Of a stretch of DNA of 64,000 nucleotides, positions 37,971-55,160 are shown piece after piece (the first letter of the stretch is position 1; every line of letters starts with the position of its first letter). Under the pieces are notes generated by a model that saw nothing but the letters and a program-made list of their open reading frames with translations, was not told the DNA's origin and made no database searches. The stretch is from the human T2T-CHM13v2.0 reference genome, Homo sapiens. The position numbers and the translations under genes were made by a program. Where the stretch lies: the NCBI RefSeq assembly GCF_009914755.1, contig NC_060925.1; one strand, 5' to 3'.

Positions 37971-39295
37971 AAAAGCCTCTGCCCGGAGAGAACTCCTAGT
38001 CTCTATTATTTTCTTAAATTATTACTTCTGGGTTAGTTTAACAAAAAAAAAAAGAGACTGATTGCCTTAAGACAATGACCCCTCAAACTGGGGGAACATG
38101 AATAACTACATGGGCAGACATTTTGTCTAGAAGGGAGAAATATTCTAATATTTCTGTTGCTTACAGTTTTCTTTGTATTACTTGTCTTTTCTTCTTGAGT
38201 TCTATTCTTTCAGATTCCTTCATAGTTCTTGGGACTTTTATTTTTATTTTTGACTCCCTGACCATCTGGATATTTGTGGCTTCTCTCAGTAATTCTTTGT
38301 CTGTATTTTATTTACTTTTATAGAACTAACATGATTTTTAAACATTAGCAGAATTTTGTTTATGTTACATTCTATAATAAGTAATCCAAAATGACCAAAC
38401 CACAGAATAAATTCTCCACTCTAGGGCATAGGTCAACCATTCAGTATGTACTCATTGAGTTCTTTCTACGTCCCATGCTCTTTGCTAAGTATTGGAATTG
38501 CAAGAGATCAAGCAGGAAGTAATTTTACAAAAAGTGGCAAGGAAGAGCACTACTAGTTGAAACATGCAAGTTTCTTTACCACATTTTTTAATGTATAAAA
38601 TTAAAAATTTTATCTTATGTTCTAGCTTACAATATCTCCTGCCACTGAACAAACATCAAGATAAGCATTGGCCTTCTTCTTTTATGTCCAGTGTAAATGA
38701 TAGTTGATGAGTTCTCTATAACTTCTCTGACATATTTATATTGATATTAACTGTTTAAGTTGAACTTCTAAGGCAATCTACCAGATAGTGGAATATAGGT
38801 AATACCAAAGAGGTCACAACATATTTATATCTGATAAGTTTTACATGTATTATATATTATAATAGATTATAAGGTATACTTCAAGCAATTTAAAAATCTT
38901 AAACCTTGTTTGATTAAAATTAATTACATAATTGAGCTATTTTTTCTATATCGAGCCTATAGAAAAAAGTCATTAAATGTTCTGATGACTTTCCATGCTA
39001 CCATTTTTTAATCACCATCTCCCCCATCCCAAACCTAGATTTTTTTCCACACCTGAGTCAAATTTCAGTTGTTATTTTTTTTTTAATTTTGCTTGGGCTT
39101 ATCATCATATTGGGACCTTTTCTCTTTTATCAATTCAATCCAGGCTTTCACAATGTGTCTATACCCTCTCTCTGTCTTCCCATTATTCCTTGTGAGAAAA
39201 ATTTTTATGTGAAAGAGAATAGACAATTGAGCAGGAATCAGGGCATTCTGTAGGGTCAAGTGCAAGTATTTTCACCGTTTAAGAGGCAAAATACT

Positions 39296-41575
39296 TGATA
39301 TGGTTTGGCCATGTCCCCACCCAGATCTCATCTTGAATTCCCTTGTGTTGTGGGAAGGACCCAGTGGGAGGTAATTGAATCATGGGGGTGGCTCTTTCCT
39401 TTGCTGTTCTCATGACAGTGAATAAGTCTCATGAGACCTGATGGTTTTAAAAAGAGGAATTCCCCTACACAAGCTCTCTCTCTTTGCCTGCTGCCACCCA
39501 TGTAAGACGTGACTTGCTCCTCCTTGCTTTCTGCTATGATTGTGAGGCTTCCCCAGACAGATGGAACTATAAGTCTAATTAAACCTCTTTCTTTTGTAAA
39601 TTGCCCAGTCTTGGGTATGTCTTTATCAGCAGCATGAAAACAGCCTAATACAGTAAATTGGTACTGGTAGGGTGGGGTGCTGCTATAAGGATACCTGAAA
39701 ATGTAGAAGTGACTTTGGAAATGGGTAACAGGCAGAGGTTGGAAGAGTGTGGAGGGCTCAGAAGAAGACAGGAAAATGTGGGAAAGTTTGGAACTTCCTA
39801 GAGATTTGCTGAATGGCTTTGACCAAAATGCTGATAGTGATATGGACAATGAAATCCAGGCTGAGGTGGTCTCAGATGGAGATGAGGGACTTGTTGGGAA
39901 CTAGAGCAAAGGTGACTCTTGTTATGTTGTAGGAAAGAGACTAGCAGCATTTTGCCCCTGCCCTAGAGATTTGTGGCACTTTGAACTCGAGAGAGATGAT
40001 TTAGCGTATCTGGCAGAAGAAATTTCTAGGCAGCAAAGCATTCAAGGGGTAACTGGGGTGCTGTTAAAGGCATTTAGTTTTAAAAGGGAAACAGCATAAA
40101 AGTTTGGAAAATTTGCAGCCTGACAATGTAATAGAAAAGAAAAGAATTTTTCTGAGGAGAAATTCAAGCCAGCTGCAGAAATTTGCATAAGTAACAAGGA
40201 GCCCAATGTGAATCACCAAGATAATGGGGAAAATGTCTCCAGGGCATGTCAGAGACCTTTGTGGCAGCCCCTCCCATCACAGGCCCAGAGTTTTAGAAGG
40301 AAAAAATGGTTTTGTTGGTCAAGCCTAGGGTCCCCGTGCTGTGTGCAGTCTAGGGACTTGGTGCCCTGCATCCCAGATACTCCAGTTGTGGCTGAAAGGG
40401 GCCAATGTAGAGCCTGAACCATAGCTTCAGAGGGTGGAAGCCCAAAGCCTTGGCAGCTTCCACATGGTGTTGGGCCTGTGGGTGCACAGAAGTCAATAAT
40501 TGAGGTTTGGGAACCTCCACCTAGTTTTCAGAAGATGTATGGAAATGCCTGGATGCCCAGGCCAAAGTCTGCTGCAGGGGCAGGGCGCTCATGGAGAATC
40601 TCTGCTAGAGCAGTGAGGAAGGAAAATGTGGAGTGGAAGCCTCCACACAGAGTCCCTACTGGAGCACTGCCTAGTGGAGCTGTGAGAAGAAGGCCACCAT
40701 CCTTCAGAACCCAGAATGGTAGATCCATCAACAACTTGCACTGTGTACCTAGAAAAGCTGCAGACACTCAACACCAGCCCATGAAAGCAGCCAGGAGGGG
40801 GACTATACCCTGCAAAGCCACAGGGCCAGAGCTGCCCAAGGTCATGGGAACCCACCTCTTGCATCAGTGTGACCTGGATGTGAGACATGGAGTCAAAAGA
40901 GATTACTTTGGAGCTTCAAGATTTGACTGGTTTCAGTCTTCATGGGGCTTGTAGCCTTTTTGTTTTGGCCAATTTCTCCCATTTGGAATGGCTGTATTTA
41001 CCCAATGCCTGTACCCCCATTGTATCTAGGAAGTAACTAACCTGCTTTTGATTTTACAGGCTCATAGGTGGAAGGGACTTCCTTGTCTTGGATGAGACTT
41101 TGGACTGTGGACTTCTGAGTTAATGCTGAAATGAGTTAAGATTTTGAGGGACTATTGGGAAGGCATGACTGGATTTTAAATGTGAGGACTTGAGATTTGG
41201 GAGGGGCCAGGGGTGGAATGATAGGGTTTGGCTGTGTTCCCACCCAAATCTCATTTTTAATTCCCACGTGTTGCGAGAAGGACCAGGTGGGAGGTAATTG
41301 AATTATGGGGGATGTCTTTCCTGTGCTGTTCTCATGATAGTGAATAAGTCTCATGAGATCTGAATGTTTTAAAAAGAGGAGTTCCCTGCACAAGCTCTCT
41401 CTCTCTTTGCCTGCTGCCATCCATGTAAGACGTGACTTGCTCTTCCTTGCCTTCTGCCATGATTGTGAGGCTTCCCCAGCCACGTGGAACTGTAAGTCCA
41501 ATTAAACCTCTTTCTTTTGTAAGTTGCCCAATCTTGGGTATGTCTTTATCATCAGTGTGAAAATTTACTAATACA
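39296..41575 (+). mobile_element. Full-length THE1 (THE1A-like) MaLR provirus: LTR 39296-39652, internal region, LTR 41219-41575
   Basis: Two ~357-bp LTRs (tgata...aataca); internal region begins gtaaattggtac and ends in a purine-rich tract; TSD atact/atatt; internal ORF pieces 40208-40417 and 40478-40954. Confidence 0.95.
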
Positions 41576-42105
41576 ATATTAAACGTTATTGAGTGCTATG
41601 TGTCAGGCACTATGTCCATTGCTTCAGATTAATAAATTATTTATTCAACAATATCAAGAGGTAAGTACTAGTATTTGCCTCCTTATTAGATGAGAAATAT
41701 TTGTGGCAAATTTAATTTTATAGTGTCACATGGCTAGAAATTGGCAACTAAACTTTTGAATCCACATAGGCTGACTCCAGAACCACCATGTTGTATTCCT
41801 TCCTACCATAGTATGTTGGTATGCCAATGTAATGAATAAACAGAGAAAAATTAATAACAGAAAAAGAGTAACAAATATGGGGAGGTATTAGAATTTATAG
41901 CACAAATAGAAATTTTGACCACAGAAATAGGGACAAAAGTTTAAAAGATAGGTGCAGCAGAGTAATCTGCACAAAGGTTTTGTCCTAAAAAGATGAAGAA
42001 ATTCTTTCTGATAGTTTTTGTGCTCAGAAAGGTATGGTGAGTTACCCTTAGTGAGAAGGAAGAGGGACAGGATGTGATAGGTTTGAAGAATGACAACATA
42101 GTAAG

Positions 42106-42487
42106 TGTATTAGTCATGTTGGCTGTCATAATAAAATACTGTTGCTTAAATAACTGAGATTTACTGTCTCACAGCCCTGGAGACTGGAAGTCTGGGATCA
42201 GAATGCCAGCATGGTTAGGTTCTGGTGGAGGCTATCTTCCTGAATTACATGTGGCCCTCTTCCTGTGTCTTTACATGGCAGAGAGAGAGGGTGTAAGAGA
42301 GAGAGCTGGTCTTTCTTCCTCTTGTTATAAATGCACTAATCACATCATAAGGGGGATCTATTATCATGATTTCATCTTAACATCCATACCCAATTATCAC
42401 TTAAAGCCCTTATCTCCAAATACCATCACCTTGAGGGTTAGTACTTCAACACATGAATATTCAACGGATACAATTAAGCAGTAGGAA
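42106..42487 (-). mobile_element. MLT1A0-like solo LTR
   Basis: tgtattagtc...ctcacagccctggagactggaagtc...ctccaaataccatcaccttg...ttcaacacatgaat. Confidence 0.8.
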
Positions 42488-42854
42488 TTAGCAGCCAGAC
42501 AATCAAATTGAGTAAGTAAGCACCAATGCAGAAAAAGTTTACAAATAAATGGAAAATATGAGCAAAATAATATGAGCTATGGAAGAGAGATCTGGGATAC
42601 CTAATGTATGAATAACATAATTATTAGGGGACAAAACAGAACAGAGGATAAATAATGTACAATGAAATAATGGAATACCAGTTCACTAGTGAAGACAAAC
42701 TTAAAGTTTCAAAAAAGGCCATTGAGTTCCAAACATAATTAATAAGACACACATACATATTGTGGTAAAGCTTTGTAAACTAAAAAGTTACATGAAAAAA
42801 GAGTACAATGTCTTCTAACTTCTAGAAGCCCAGTGCAAGTAGAAAGATAATGGA

Positions 42855-42905
42855 ATATCAATATCAATATCAATATCAATGATATCAATATGAATATCAA
42901 TATAA
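42855..42905. repeat. (AATATC)n hexamer repeat inside an old L1 remnant
   Basis: Read directly from sequence. Confidence 0.9.
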
Positions 42906-43001
42906 CAATAGCAATAAAAATTAACATATAATTGTGAATCCAACAAAACTATCTCTCCTTAAGTAATGAAGATAAGTAAGAATATATTCAGAGAAACATA
43001 A

Positions 43002-43324
<323 letters not shown>

Positions 43325-43518
43325 ATCAGAGAATATTTCTAAAGGAAAGGAAAAAGTGAAACCAGAAGGGAAGTGTGGCAGAGATGTGCTGTGTTCATCC
43401 TCCAACCCCCATTTTCCCTGGGAGGTTACTGCAGCTAGATGGAGACCATACTACAGGTGCTGACTAATGAGTCATGAGAAGAAGGGGCTTATGGGACTGG
43501 GGGAACATATAATCATAG

Positions 43519-44153
43519 TGTGTCCAGAATTGGTGGGTTCTTGGTCTCACTGACTTCAAGAATGAAGCCACGGACCCTTGTGGTGAGTGTTACAGTTCTT
43601 AAAGATGGTGTGTCCAGAGTTTGTTCCTTCAGATATTCAGACGGGTTTGGAGTTTCTTCCTTCTGGTGGATTCATGGTCTCGCTGTCCTCAGGAGTGAGG
43701 CTGCAGAACTTTGTGGTGAATATTACAGCTCATAAAGGCAGTGTGGACCCAAAGAATGAGCAGCAGCAAGATTTATTGCAAAGAGTGAAAGAACAAAGCA
43801 TCCACAGTGTGGTAGGGGACCCAAGCAGGTTGCCACTGCTGGTTCAGGCAGCCTGCTTTTATTCCCTTATCTGACCCTACCCACATCCTGCTGATTGGTC
43901 CATTTTACAGAGAGCCGATTGGCCCATTTTATAGAGAGCTGATTGGTCCGTTTTACAGAAAGCTGATTGGTCCACTTTGACAGGGTGCTGATTGGTGCAT
44001 TTACAAACCTTGAGGTAGACACAGAGTGCTGATTGGTCCACTTTGACAGGGTACTGATTGGTGCATTTACAAACCTTGAGCTAGACACAGAGTGCTGATT
44101 GGTGCATTTACAAACCTTGAGCTAGACACAAAGTGCTGATTGGTGCATTTACA
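43519..44153 (-). mobile_element. LTR12 (HERV9/ERV9 LTR), distal U3 missing
   Basis: U5 end tgtgtccagaattggtggg; polyA signal (tttattg about 43772); TATA-like cttttattc about 43857; 24/41-bp gctgattggt repeat array. Confidence 0.95.
43856..44153 (-). promoter_or_regulatory. LTR12 U3 promoter/enhancer: 9 CCAAT (NF-Y) boxes upstream of an AATAAAA TATA-like box
   Basis: attgg at 43894, 43918, 43942, 43966, 43991, 44032, 44057, 44098 and 44139; activity at this locus is not shown. Confidence 0.65.
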
Positions 44154-44799
44154 CTAGGATAGCATGGTAGGGTCCTCATTGGCTTGGGTCCTTGACTGAT
44201 TTTGAGGAGAAGCAGCCTCGTTTGACATGTGATATGAGTGAAAAATACAGTTTTTGATTGTGAACCCCCTGAGATTTCAGGTTAATTTATTGCCTCAACC
44301 TAACTTGCTTATTCTGGCTAACATGGAAAGCCCATGATTAAGAAGCTAATGAGCAAGGATCTTAGTAAACATGTAAGGAAACCTAAACAAACAGATTTGT
44401 AATTCTGTATTAAAAGTGTCTAATTTGTAGGGTTACAAAAATCAGAACTGAGGTTGTATTGTAGGTAATCAACAAAACCCACTGCCTCTCCTTCCTGACA
44501 CCTAGCTAGACTACAATTCTCAGCTCTTCTTGTACTTATTTGTGGCCATTTAAATAGGATGGTCTCCATAATGTTTCCCTCGTAGCTACACAAAATGGAG
44601 ATTACTTACAAACTGACCTTATGTCACATTTTTTAAATGAAGGATCTACCAGCTGGAAACAGCCTAAATCCTGAATTACTGCTTGAAGTACCTGCCAATA
44701 TCTTCTCTAGAATTTCACATGGGTAGGAAATAAAATTTTATTATGTTAAGTCACTATTTTTTGTAGTTTATCAAATAAGGACAGCCAAGGAAGTTCCAA

Positions 44800-47530
<2,731 letters not shown>

Positions 47531-47534
47531 CAGC

Positions 47535-47828
<294 letters not shown>

Positions 47829-47963
47829 TTGGTCTTGCTTCTAACTTTAAAGTCATTATTTTAGAAGCTGACTAGCCTACTTCATCATTTTATCTAGCAT
47901 CCCTGGAATTCTGTATTATCTATGCTTGTGTGATTACAGTTTTTTATCCTAAATAGTCACTGT

Positions 47964-48128
47964 GGTCAGGTGAGGTAGCTAATGCCTGTAATCCCAGCAT
48001 TGTAAGAGTTCAAGGTGAGAAGATCTCTTCAGCCAGGATTCAAAACCAGCATGGGCAACATAGTGAGATCCCATCTCTATTTTTTTTTTTTTTTAATAAA
48101 AAGATAAAAAATATTTTTTTAAAAAATG
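47964..48128 (+). mobile_element. FLAM_C/AluJ left monomer
   Basis: Monomer ending gagatcccatctct; TSD aaatagtcact (47951-47961) / aaataatcact (48129-48139). Confidence 0.8.
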
Positions 48129-48579
48129 AAATAATCACTTTATCTTAATAGGAACATGATATATTATTTGAATTTGTTGTTAATATCCAAATGTTCTTTT
48201 TTAAAAAGACAAGCATTTTAGATATAACTTGGATGGAAATCTCCTGCATTTTATATGGTAAATTATTTGTCAATTGAAGTATAAATGATAACCTTTATCA
48301 TTTAAAGGTTAAAATGCTGCAATAATTAGTGATGCTTGTGAAAATTTTTAATTTTACATACACAACGGTTATCAGGTACAAGATATGTGGGGAAATAGTG
48401 ACAGTAAAAACATTTAGCAGAGTATGTTGGCACATAACTTTACTATAACTTAATAGAGAGAAGTTTATTTTTTTGAGCCTTCAACTCTTTGTATTGTTTA
48501 CATAACAATAAAAAACAGAATAACAGAGATTAGATTATATGATCTTTCTAATCAGGCTGGAATTATTTGGTGAACTAAC

Positions 48580-48925
48580 GGTTGCAGACATACACTAAGG
48601 TGACCCTCGGTGAGTCACATCCTTGTATAATCCCCTCTCCTTGAGTGCAGTGGAAACTGTCTTGCCTTTGTCCAAAAGAATTGACAAAGTAAGATGCCAC
48701 TCCTTGGTAAGGTTATTTTATGTGCCAAAGGCTATGCTATGTCATTCCCTTGATGGCACTATGTTATGTAAGACTATTTTAACACACTGCAGAGAGACAA
48801 TCTTTTGCTGTCCTTAGGGAGGCAAATGGCTCTGTAGTAGAGAACAGCACATGACAGGGAACTTCGGTGGCCTCCTGAGGGTGCAGCTTCAAGGAACTAA
48901 ATTGTGCCAACAACCAATGAAACTG
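48580..48925 (+). mobile_element. MLT1E/F-like LTR fragment
   Basis: ccttgtataatcccctctccttgagtg; caaggaactaaattgtgccaacaacc. Confidence 0.7.
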
Positions 48926-50014
48926 ACTATACATAATCTGTACCATCATTTGTGGACTTGGACTTTGAAGTTGGCCCAGCATAGCATGAATTCTTAGCTG
49001 TGTAACTCAGTCATTGTATATGACTTGGGTTATTTTTTGAAGTCTTCAGTGAATTAGTGCCTGCAATGGAAAAAAAAAAAAAAAAAGCCAACCATATTAA
49101 TAGCCTAACAGTGTTGCTCTGAGGACTGGAGATAATGTATGCAAAATGTCTGGCACACAGTAGATTCTCCATTACAGTTATTGGGAGGGGGAATGAGTGG
49201 AGGTCACTGGCCTCTTCAAGCCTCTGCCTTTCATCTGGTAATAAAACCCACACATTGTTGAGAAGATTAAATAAGATAACAGAAAGGAAAATCCTTAAGG
49301 TCTCAATAAGTGCTCATTGAACAGTGGCTATCCAATGCTCATACTACCTTTTCTCTCATAAATATACATGTACATATACATATTTTCACATATGTATATA
49401 TTTATATACCTATAAATAGAGAGACAGAGAGAGAATACCAATACTAAAATTAGCTCATCTGATGATCTTTTCTAAACATTAAAGTTGACAGAAAATTAGG
49501 ATCTATGATTAGTTCTGAAACCACTTCCTATTCTGAACAAAAATATCCCTCAAGATGTCTCAGGGAACAGTCTATTTCTCTTATATAAACTATCATTATC
49601 ATTTCTCTTTCAGAAAATGAAGCCATCATTTCTGGAAAGGAAATGGATGTTAATCCATATCTTCCACCATACTCATCACATCTTACAGTTTTCTGCAATT
49701 CCATCTCTCACTCTTCACACTCAGGATTCAGATACAGCCATTGTGTAATTATATGTTTTTCAAGAGAAATTGATGAGAATGTGAATACTCTGAAAAAGTA
49801 TCTTGTTTCCTCCGATAAAACACAACAATATTTTCTGTGTCTACAGACGACTTGAAAAGCTGGAGCAATCAGTACCAATCACTCCTCACTCAAAAAGAAT
49901 GCACAACCCTGCTGCCCGGAGTGCACTGGTTCTTATCTGTGACCCTAGCAGCAGATGCACACTGTCAAGTTCTAAGATTTTAGATGCAGATGAGCTTAAT
50001 TGTTCTATCTTACC

Positions 50015-50470
50015 AATGAAGAGCACTTGGCAGATTCAAAGTACCTTTACAGAAACAATCTCCTCTGACCCTCTCAGGCACAGAAGGTATTATTATCCCT
50101 GTGTTATAAAAGAAAAAAACACATACGCAGAAGTAGAGTAGGTACCTTTCTCAAGCCCACTTTACAAGGAAGTGGTGGGGCCATGTCTGTCGTCCTGGCC
50201 TCTCTTCTCCTTAATGATGTTTTTCAAAACTCATAATAGATGTACCTTCAGACAATTACTACCAAAGCTTTTAGAATTTGATGAAACTTGGGATTGAATC
50301 TCAGCTCTTTCTTTTGCTAGCTATGTGATTATAGGCAGATTATTTAAGCCCTACAATTTCATTTTCTCATTTGTAAAATGGGATTAGTAATTAGGCATTT
50401 CAAGTTATGAAAATGTTAGATGACATAGTATTTGCAAATAGCCAGCTCTTAATAAACTCAATGTTAGCTC
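50015..50470. mobile_element. Two MIR fragments (minus about 50015-50200, plus about 50270-50470)
   Basis: gctagctatgtgattataggcagattatttaag...tttctcatttgtaaaatggg. Confidence 0.6.
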
Positions 50471-52749
50471 TAATAATTGTCATAAGAAAAAATATATTCT
50501 GCTATCTTTTATGAATAATTCTACATCTAGATAGGAAATATTCAGTATATAATTCCAATTTCTGTTGAATAGAGATGGTTCTAGGAATAAAAAAAAACTT
50601 TACTATTTGTAAAAATAGAATATGTTCCTTTTCCTGGGGTTCATAAAGAATGAAACACTTATCAAGTTGCACTTCAAATAATATAGGTTTTCCATGCTCT
50701 AAAAAGGCATATTTTTACAGGCAAATGAGGCAAAATATGCCTTTTGTCATTCTAAAAACCCAAGTGGGACAGTTTCAGTGAAGGCTCGGGAATATATATA
50801 TTTTTCTTAAATGATGAAAATAGTTTCTCCAAGACCATATCTATTTTATCTTTATATCTAGGCAAACTTTCTATATAGAATCCCAGACAAGAAAAAACAT
50901 ATGGCTGTATGTCACTATAGAGCTTGGTAAATGAATGCTTTTCGTTGATTTTTGGACTGTCTCATCAAAATAACTTGATATTTTGGCACCAGGTAGACAG
51001 ACATGGTTTCACAAAAGGCAAGAGAGAAATTACATTTCATCAAAGAGAGGATATGAATGGGTAGATATTAAATGGCTCAAATATTTTACATTAGTGGCTG
51101 CTTTTCTTAGTTTGCTTTATGCCTATATTTTGAATGTTAATATGATACATACTAGCAATGTCAGGAAAAGAATTGAAGTAATTGCCTGTCAGGTGGCTCA
51201 ATGTAGCATGAATGTGAACATGTTGAAAGAATTTTTCAATGTTTCTAATAATAAAAATAAATTAAATAACCATTTTTTCTAGAATATAAACTAAAGTAAG
51301 AGATGCCAAAATTAATTTAAAAGATTTGAATTGTGTCTTTACAGTTCTCAGAAGCAACAATTGATATAATGCGTAAGTGCCATTTCCAAAAATTAAACAA
51401 TGCATCTTTGTCTTAAAATTAGAATGTTAGTTTTTCAGTAAATAAACTTAAAAGAAGCGAATTCAAAATAGAGCAAACACATAGACATTGATTTTATTTC
51501 AAACATTTTTGCTGGAAAGAAAAAGGATTTATGCAAGTCTGTTATTATCAAGAGATGACTTCAGATGGCATCATGAATGATTCCACTTTCTTGGAACATT
51601 GTACAGATGATATGCATCATCACTGGGCTGAGATCACAATGAGAAGAATCACCACTCATCAAATGGCTCTCAGAGCTAATAATTTTTATCTTAAATGTAA
51701 ATGAATGAAAAACATATGGAAAGAAATTCAGTGCACAGAGTGATTGAAGGCTTGTGGAAGGCTGCCAAGGGAAAAGATCATCTTCAAGCATTATGTTTCA
51801 AGAATCTTTCATTTCAGGCTTTACAGCTTCTAGATGTCCCTGGCCAAAGGTATGCACGGGGAGTCCTGTTGTTCCCATTACACTATGAATGGTGAGATTC
51901 TGTTTGTAAGCTTGCACAGTTCCATTTCAAATATCTTATGGGGCAAAGATTCCAGAACACCTTTCTGGAAGAAGCTTCTGTGATCAGATACTGTTATCAG
52001 TGACCCAAGAAGTGAGGAAACTATTCTCCACTCCAAATTGGGACTGGTGGGAAGGGTATGAACAACAGGGCTACTTTGGATCTCTGGAGAGGGTCTTGGT
52101 TTCCTGCCTCATTTCTGTACGGTAGTTGACTGATTTAGAAGTTCTTCTTCCACTTTGCCTCTCTTGATATTCTGTTTTCCTCTTGAATTAGTTAAGATTC
52201 ATTGTGTTACATTTAGTAACAGAAATCAAATTGAGCCAATGCAAGTGAAGAAGAAAGAAATGAAAGAATCAGGAAGCAAAAAGCCTTAGGGGACCCTGGG
52301 CACTCAAACTCTCCATCCTATGTCTCTGTTCCTCTTCGCACATGTCCTTCGCTTTGTCTCTCTACAGTCCAGCTGCCTTCATCTCTTCACATACTGAAAA
52401 GCAAACTGGCATTTCAAAATCTGAAGTGACTGACAGCCTCTCAGCCCCATTTACCAATTCCTCAGAAAGAATTAGTCTTTAGCCAAGAGAACCTCCCCAA
52501 CCCATCCATTTACCTCCCATCCAGGGGTGTGGGGTCATATGTGACACATACTGTTATCAGGTCCAGAGTATGGGGTTGAGGTGTGACTTGCAGTTCAGAA
52601 AGAATGGGGACTGAGTTGAGCAGTTACCCCAGAAATTGTTGTCTACATTTTGCTATTGCCAGGGAAGAGATCTTAATATGGGCAATAATATTCAGTATCC
52701 ATTTATTTTGAAGCTCAAACCTTTCTTCCCTCTTCAGGAACACTATTTG

Positions 52750-53064
<315 letters not shown>

Positions 53065-53380
53065 TGATTTCTTTCATCTTTATGTGTGACTAATGAAATC
53101 TGCCTCACAGGATTGTTGTGAAGATCAAAATGGGTATCTCCTGGTACCTAGTATATATCACACATTTGACAAATAATAGGTATTCTTATTTTTTCACTTT
53201 TTATAACTCTTTGTAGCAAACAGGTAGGCAAATGAACTGGGTATTATGTCGCCAACTCTGAAAATCAATAAACATCACCAGTGTCTATTCTCCCATTCTT
53301 CTCTATCAAATTGTGATTATTAGCAGCCCTCATCATGATTCAGAATAAAATAACAAACATTTTCTAGTCTTCCTTATTGC

Positions 53381-53754
53381 TGTATTAGTCTGTTTTAATA
53401 CTGCCATAAAGAACTACCTAAATTGGGTAATTTATAGAGAAAAGAGGCTTAATTGACTCACAGTTCAGCATGGCTGGGGAGGCCTCATGAAACTTACAGT
53501 CATAATAGAAGGTGAAGGGGAAGCAAGGCACCTTCTTCCCAAGGCATCAGGAAGGAGAAGTGCTGAGCAAAGAGGGAAGAGCCCCTTACAAAACCATTAC
53601 ATCTTGTGAGAAATCATTCACTATCACAAGAACAGTGTGGGGGAAACTGCCCCCATGATTCAGTTACCTCCACCTGGTCCTGCTCTTGACATGTGAGGAT
53701 TATGGGGATTACAATTCAAAATGAGATTTTGGGTGACACAGCCAAACCATATCA
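53381..53754 (-). mobile_element. THE1D-like solo LTR
   Basis: tgtattagtc...ccaaaccatatca, 374 bp. Confidence 0.9.
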
Positions 53755-54229
53755 CTGTGCATGGAACATTGGCCAGTGGAATGTTAAGAAAATGTACCTG
53801 GTGTTCAACAATAAGATAGTTTTCTTCAAGTGAGAAGTTTCCCCTCTTGTTTCTCTGTTGTTTGTGATGGAAACACAATGGCATCTAGGCTGGAAGTACT
53901 ACAAGAAACATCCCAGTAGTAAGTGCCCAATTCCCTATATGTGCTGCACTTTATAGGGTCAGAGGCTATAGAATAATGAAAATCCCAGGATGAATAAGTG
54001 GATTTAAAAAGGAAGAACCTCCAGAGCTCAGCAGCCAACAACAGCAGCCTGTAAAGCATGAATGCATAACTCCCCGGCTACCTTGGTTATCTTAAATGGC
54101 CAGTTTGTCACACAAGACACCTCTGTGAGTTTCTCCCACAGGAAGAGCTTGATTGAATATTCCCCCACAGTTTGAAAAGTAACACCATAGGAAATGATAT
54201 GGACAACAGTGGGACATGGAGAGGGAGGT

Positions 54230-54595
54230 TGTGTTAGTCAGTTTTCACACTGCTATAAAGAACTACCTGAGACTGGGTAATTTATAAAGAAAAGAGGTTT
54301 AATTGACTCACAGTTCCCCATGGGTAGGGAGGGCTCAGGAAACTTATAATCATGGCAGAAGGCAAAGGGGAAGCAAAGCATGTCTTACATGGTGGCAAGA
54401 GAGAGAGAAGAGTGAGGGGGAGCTGCCAAACACTTTTAAACCATCAGATCTCATGAGAACTCAATCACTATCATAAGAACAGCATGCGGGAAACTTTCCT
54501 GATGATCCAATCACCCCCAACCAGGTTCCTCCTTCCACATGTGGGGATTACAATTCGAGATGAGATTTGGGTGGGGACAGAGCCAAACTCTATCA
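54230..54595 (-). mobile_element. MSTA/THE1D-like solo LTR
   Basis: tgtgttagtc...gccaaactctatca; TSD gaggt / aaggt. Confidence 0.9.
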
Positions 54596-54644
54596 AAGGT
54601 TGAACCAAATTGAGACAGGGGAGGGACTGGACCAAGTGTTTTAT

Positions 54645-55160
54645 AGGTTTATTTAATAAACTATATAAAACTTCCTATTTGCCAATCATTAATTCATTTA
54701 ATCTTCACAATAACTTCATGAGGTAGGTACTACTACTAGTCCCATTTTAGAAATGAAGGAACTGAGGCACAGAGATATTGATAAGTGTATAAGGTCACAC
54801 AACTAGTATACAGAGGGGTTAGGATTTAAATTAGACTCAAGATTCTTTCCTTAATCACTATGCTATGTTCACTCTCCCTAAAGCCATCCCCCATTAAGGA
54901 AGACCAGCTAACATCAACTGCTGTGTGACCTGTGTGAAGCACTGTGCTAGACAGTCTATTTACCTTTTTTCATTGGATCCTCACAATAATCCTAGGAAGT
55001 AGGTGCCATTATTAGCCCCATTTCATAGATGAATAAACCACATATTCGAGAAATTAAATTATTCATCCCAAGGGCAAACGGCTTTAAAATGAATGAGCTA
55101 AGATTCCAACCTTGGTCTTTCAGACTCCAGAAAATCTACTAATAACCACCACACCACATG
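54645..55160 (-). mobile_element. Two consecutive MIRs
   Basis: cccattttagaaatgaaggaactgaggcacagaga; cctcacaataatcctaggaagtagg...cccatttcatagatga. Confidence 0.8.

Larger units (their letters stand above)
43374..44325 (+). mobile_element. Old MLT1J-like LTR split by LTR12
   Basis: tgtggcagag start; after 44153 continues to ctgagatttcagg...cttattctggctaaca. Confidence 0.5.

Noticed and set aside
39328-39849. 173-aa minus-strand ORF
   Set aside because: Antisense frame across the THE1 LTR/internal junction; a related peptide appears at 60008-60229 from the other THE1
42739-42927. ORF resembling a signal peptide or transmembrane helix (ILILILILIF)
   Set aside because: Antisense read of the (AATATC)n repeat
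43890-44153. Regularly spaced gctgattggt repeats as a CRISPR or novel array
   Set aside because: Known U3 tandem repeats of LTR12/ERV9; the intervening sequences are themselves repeated
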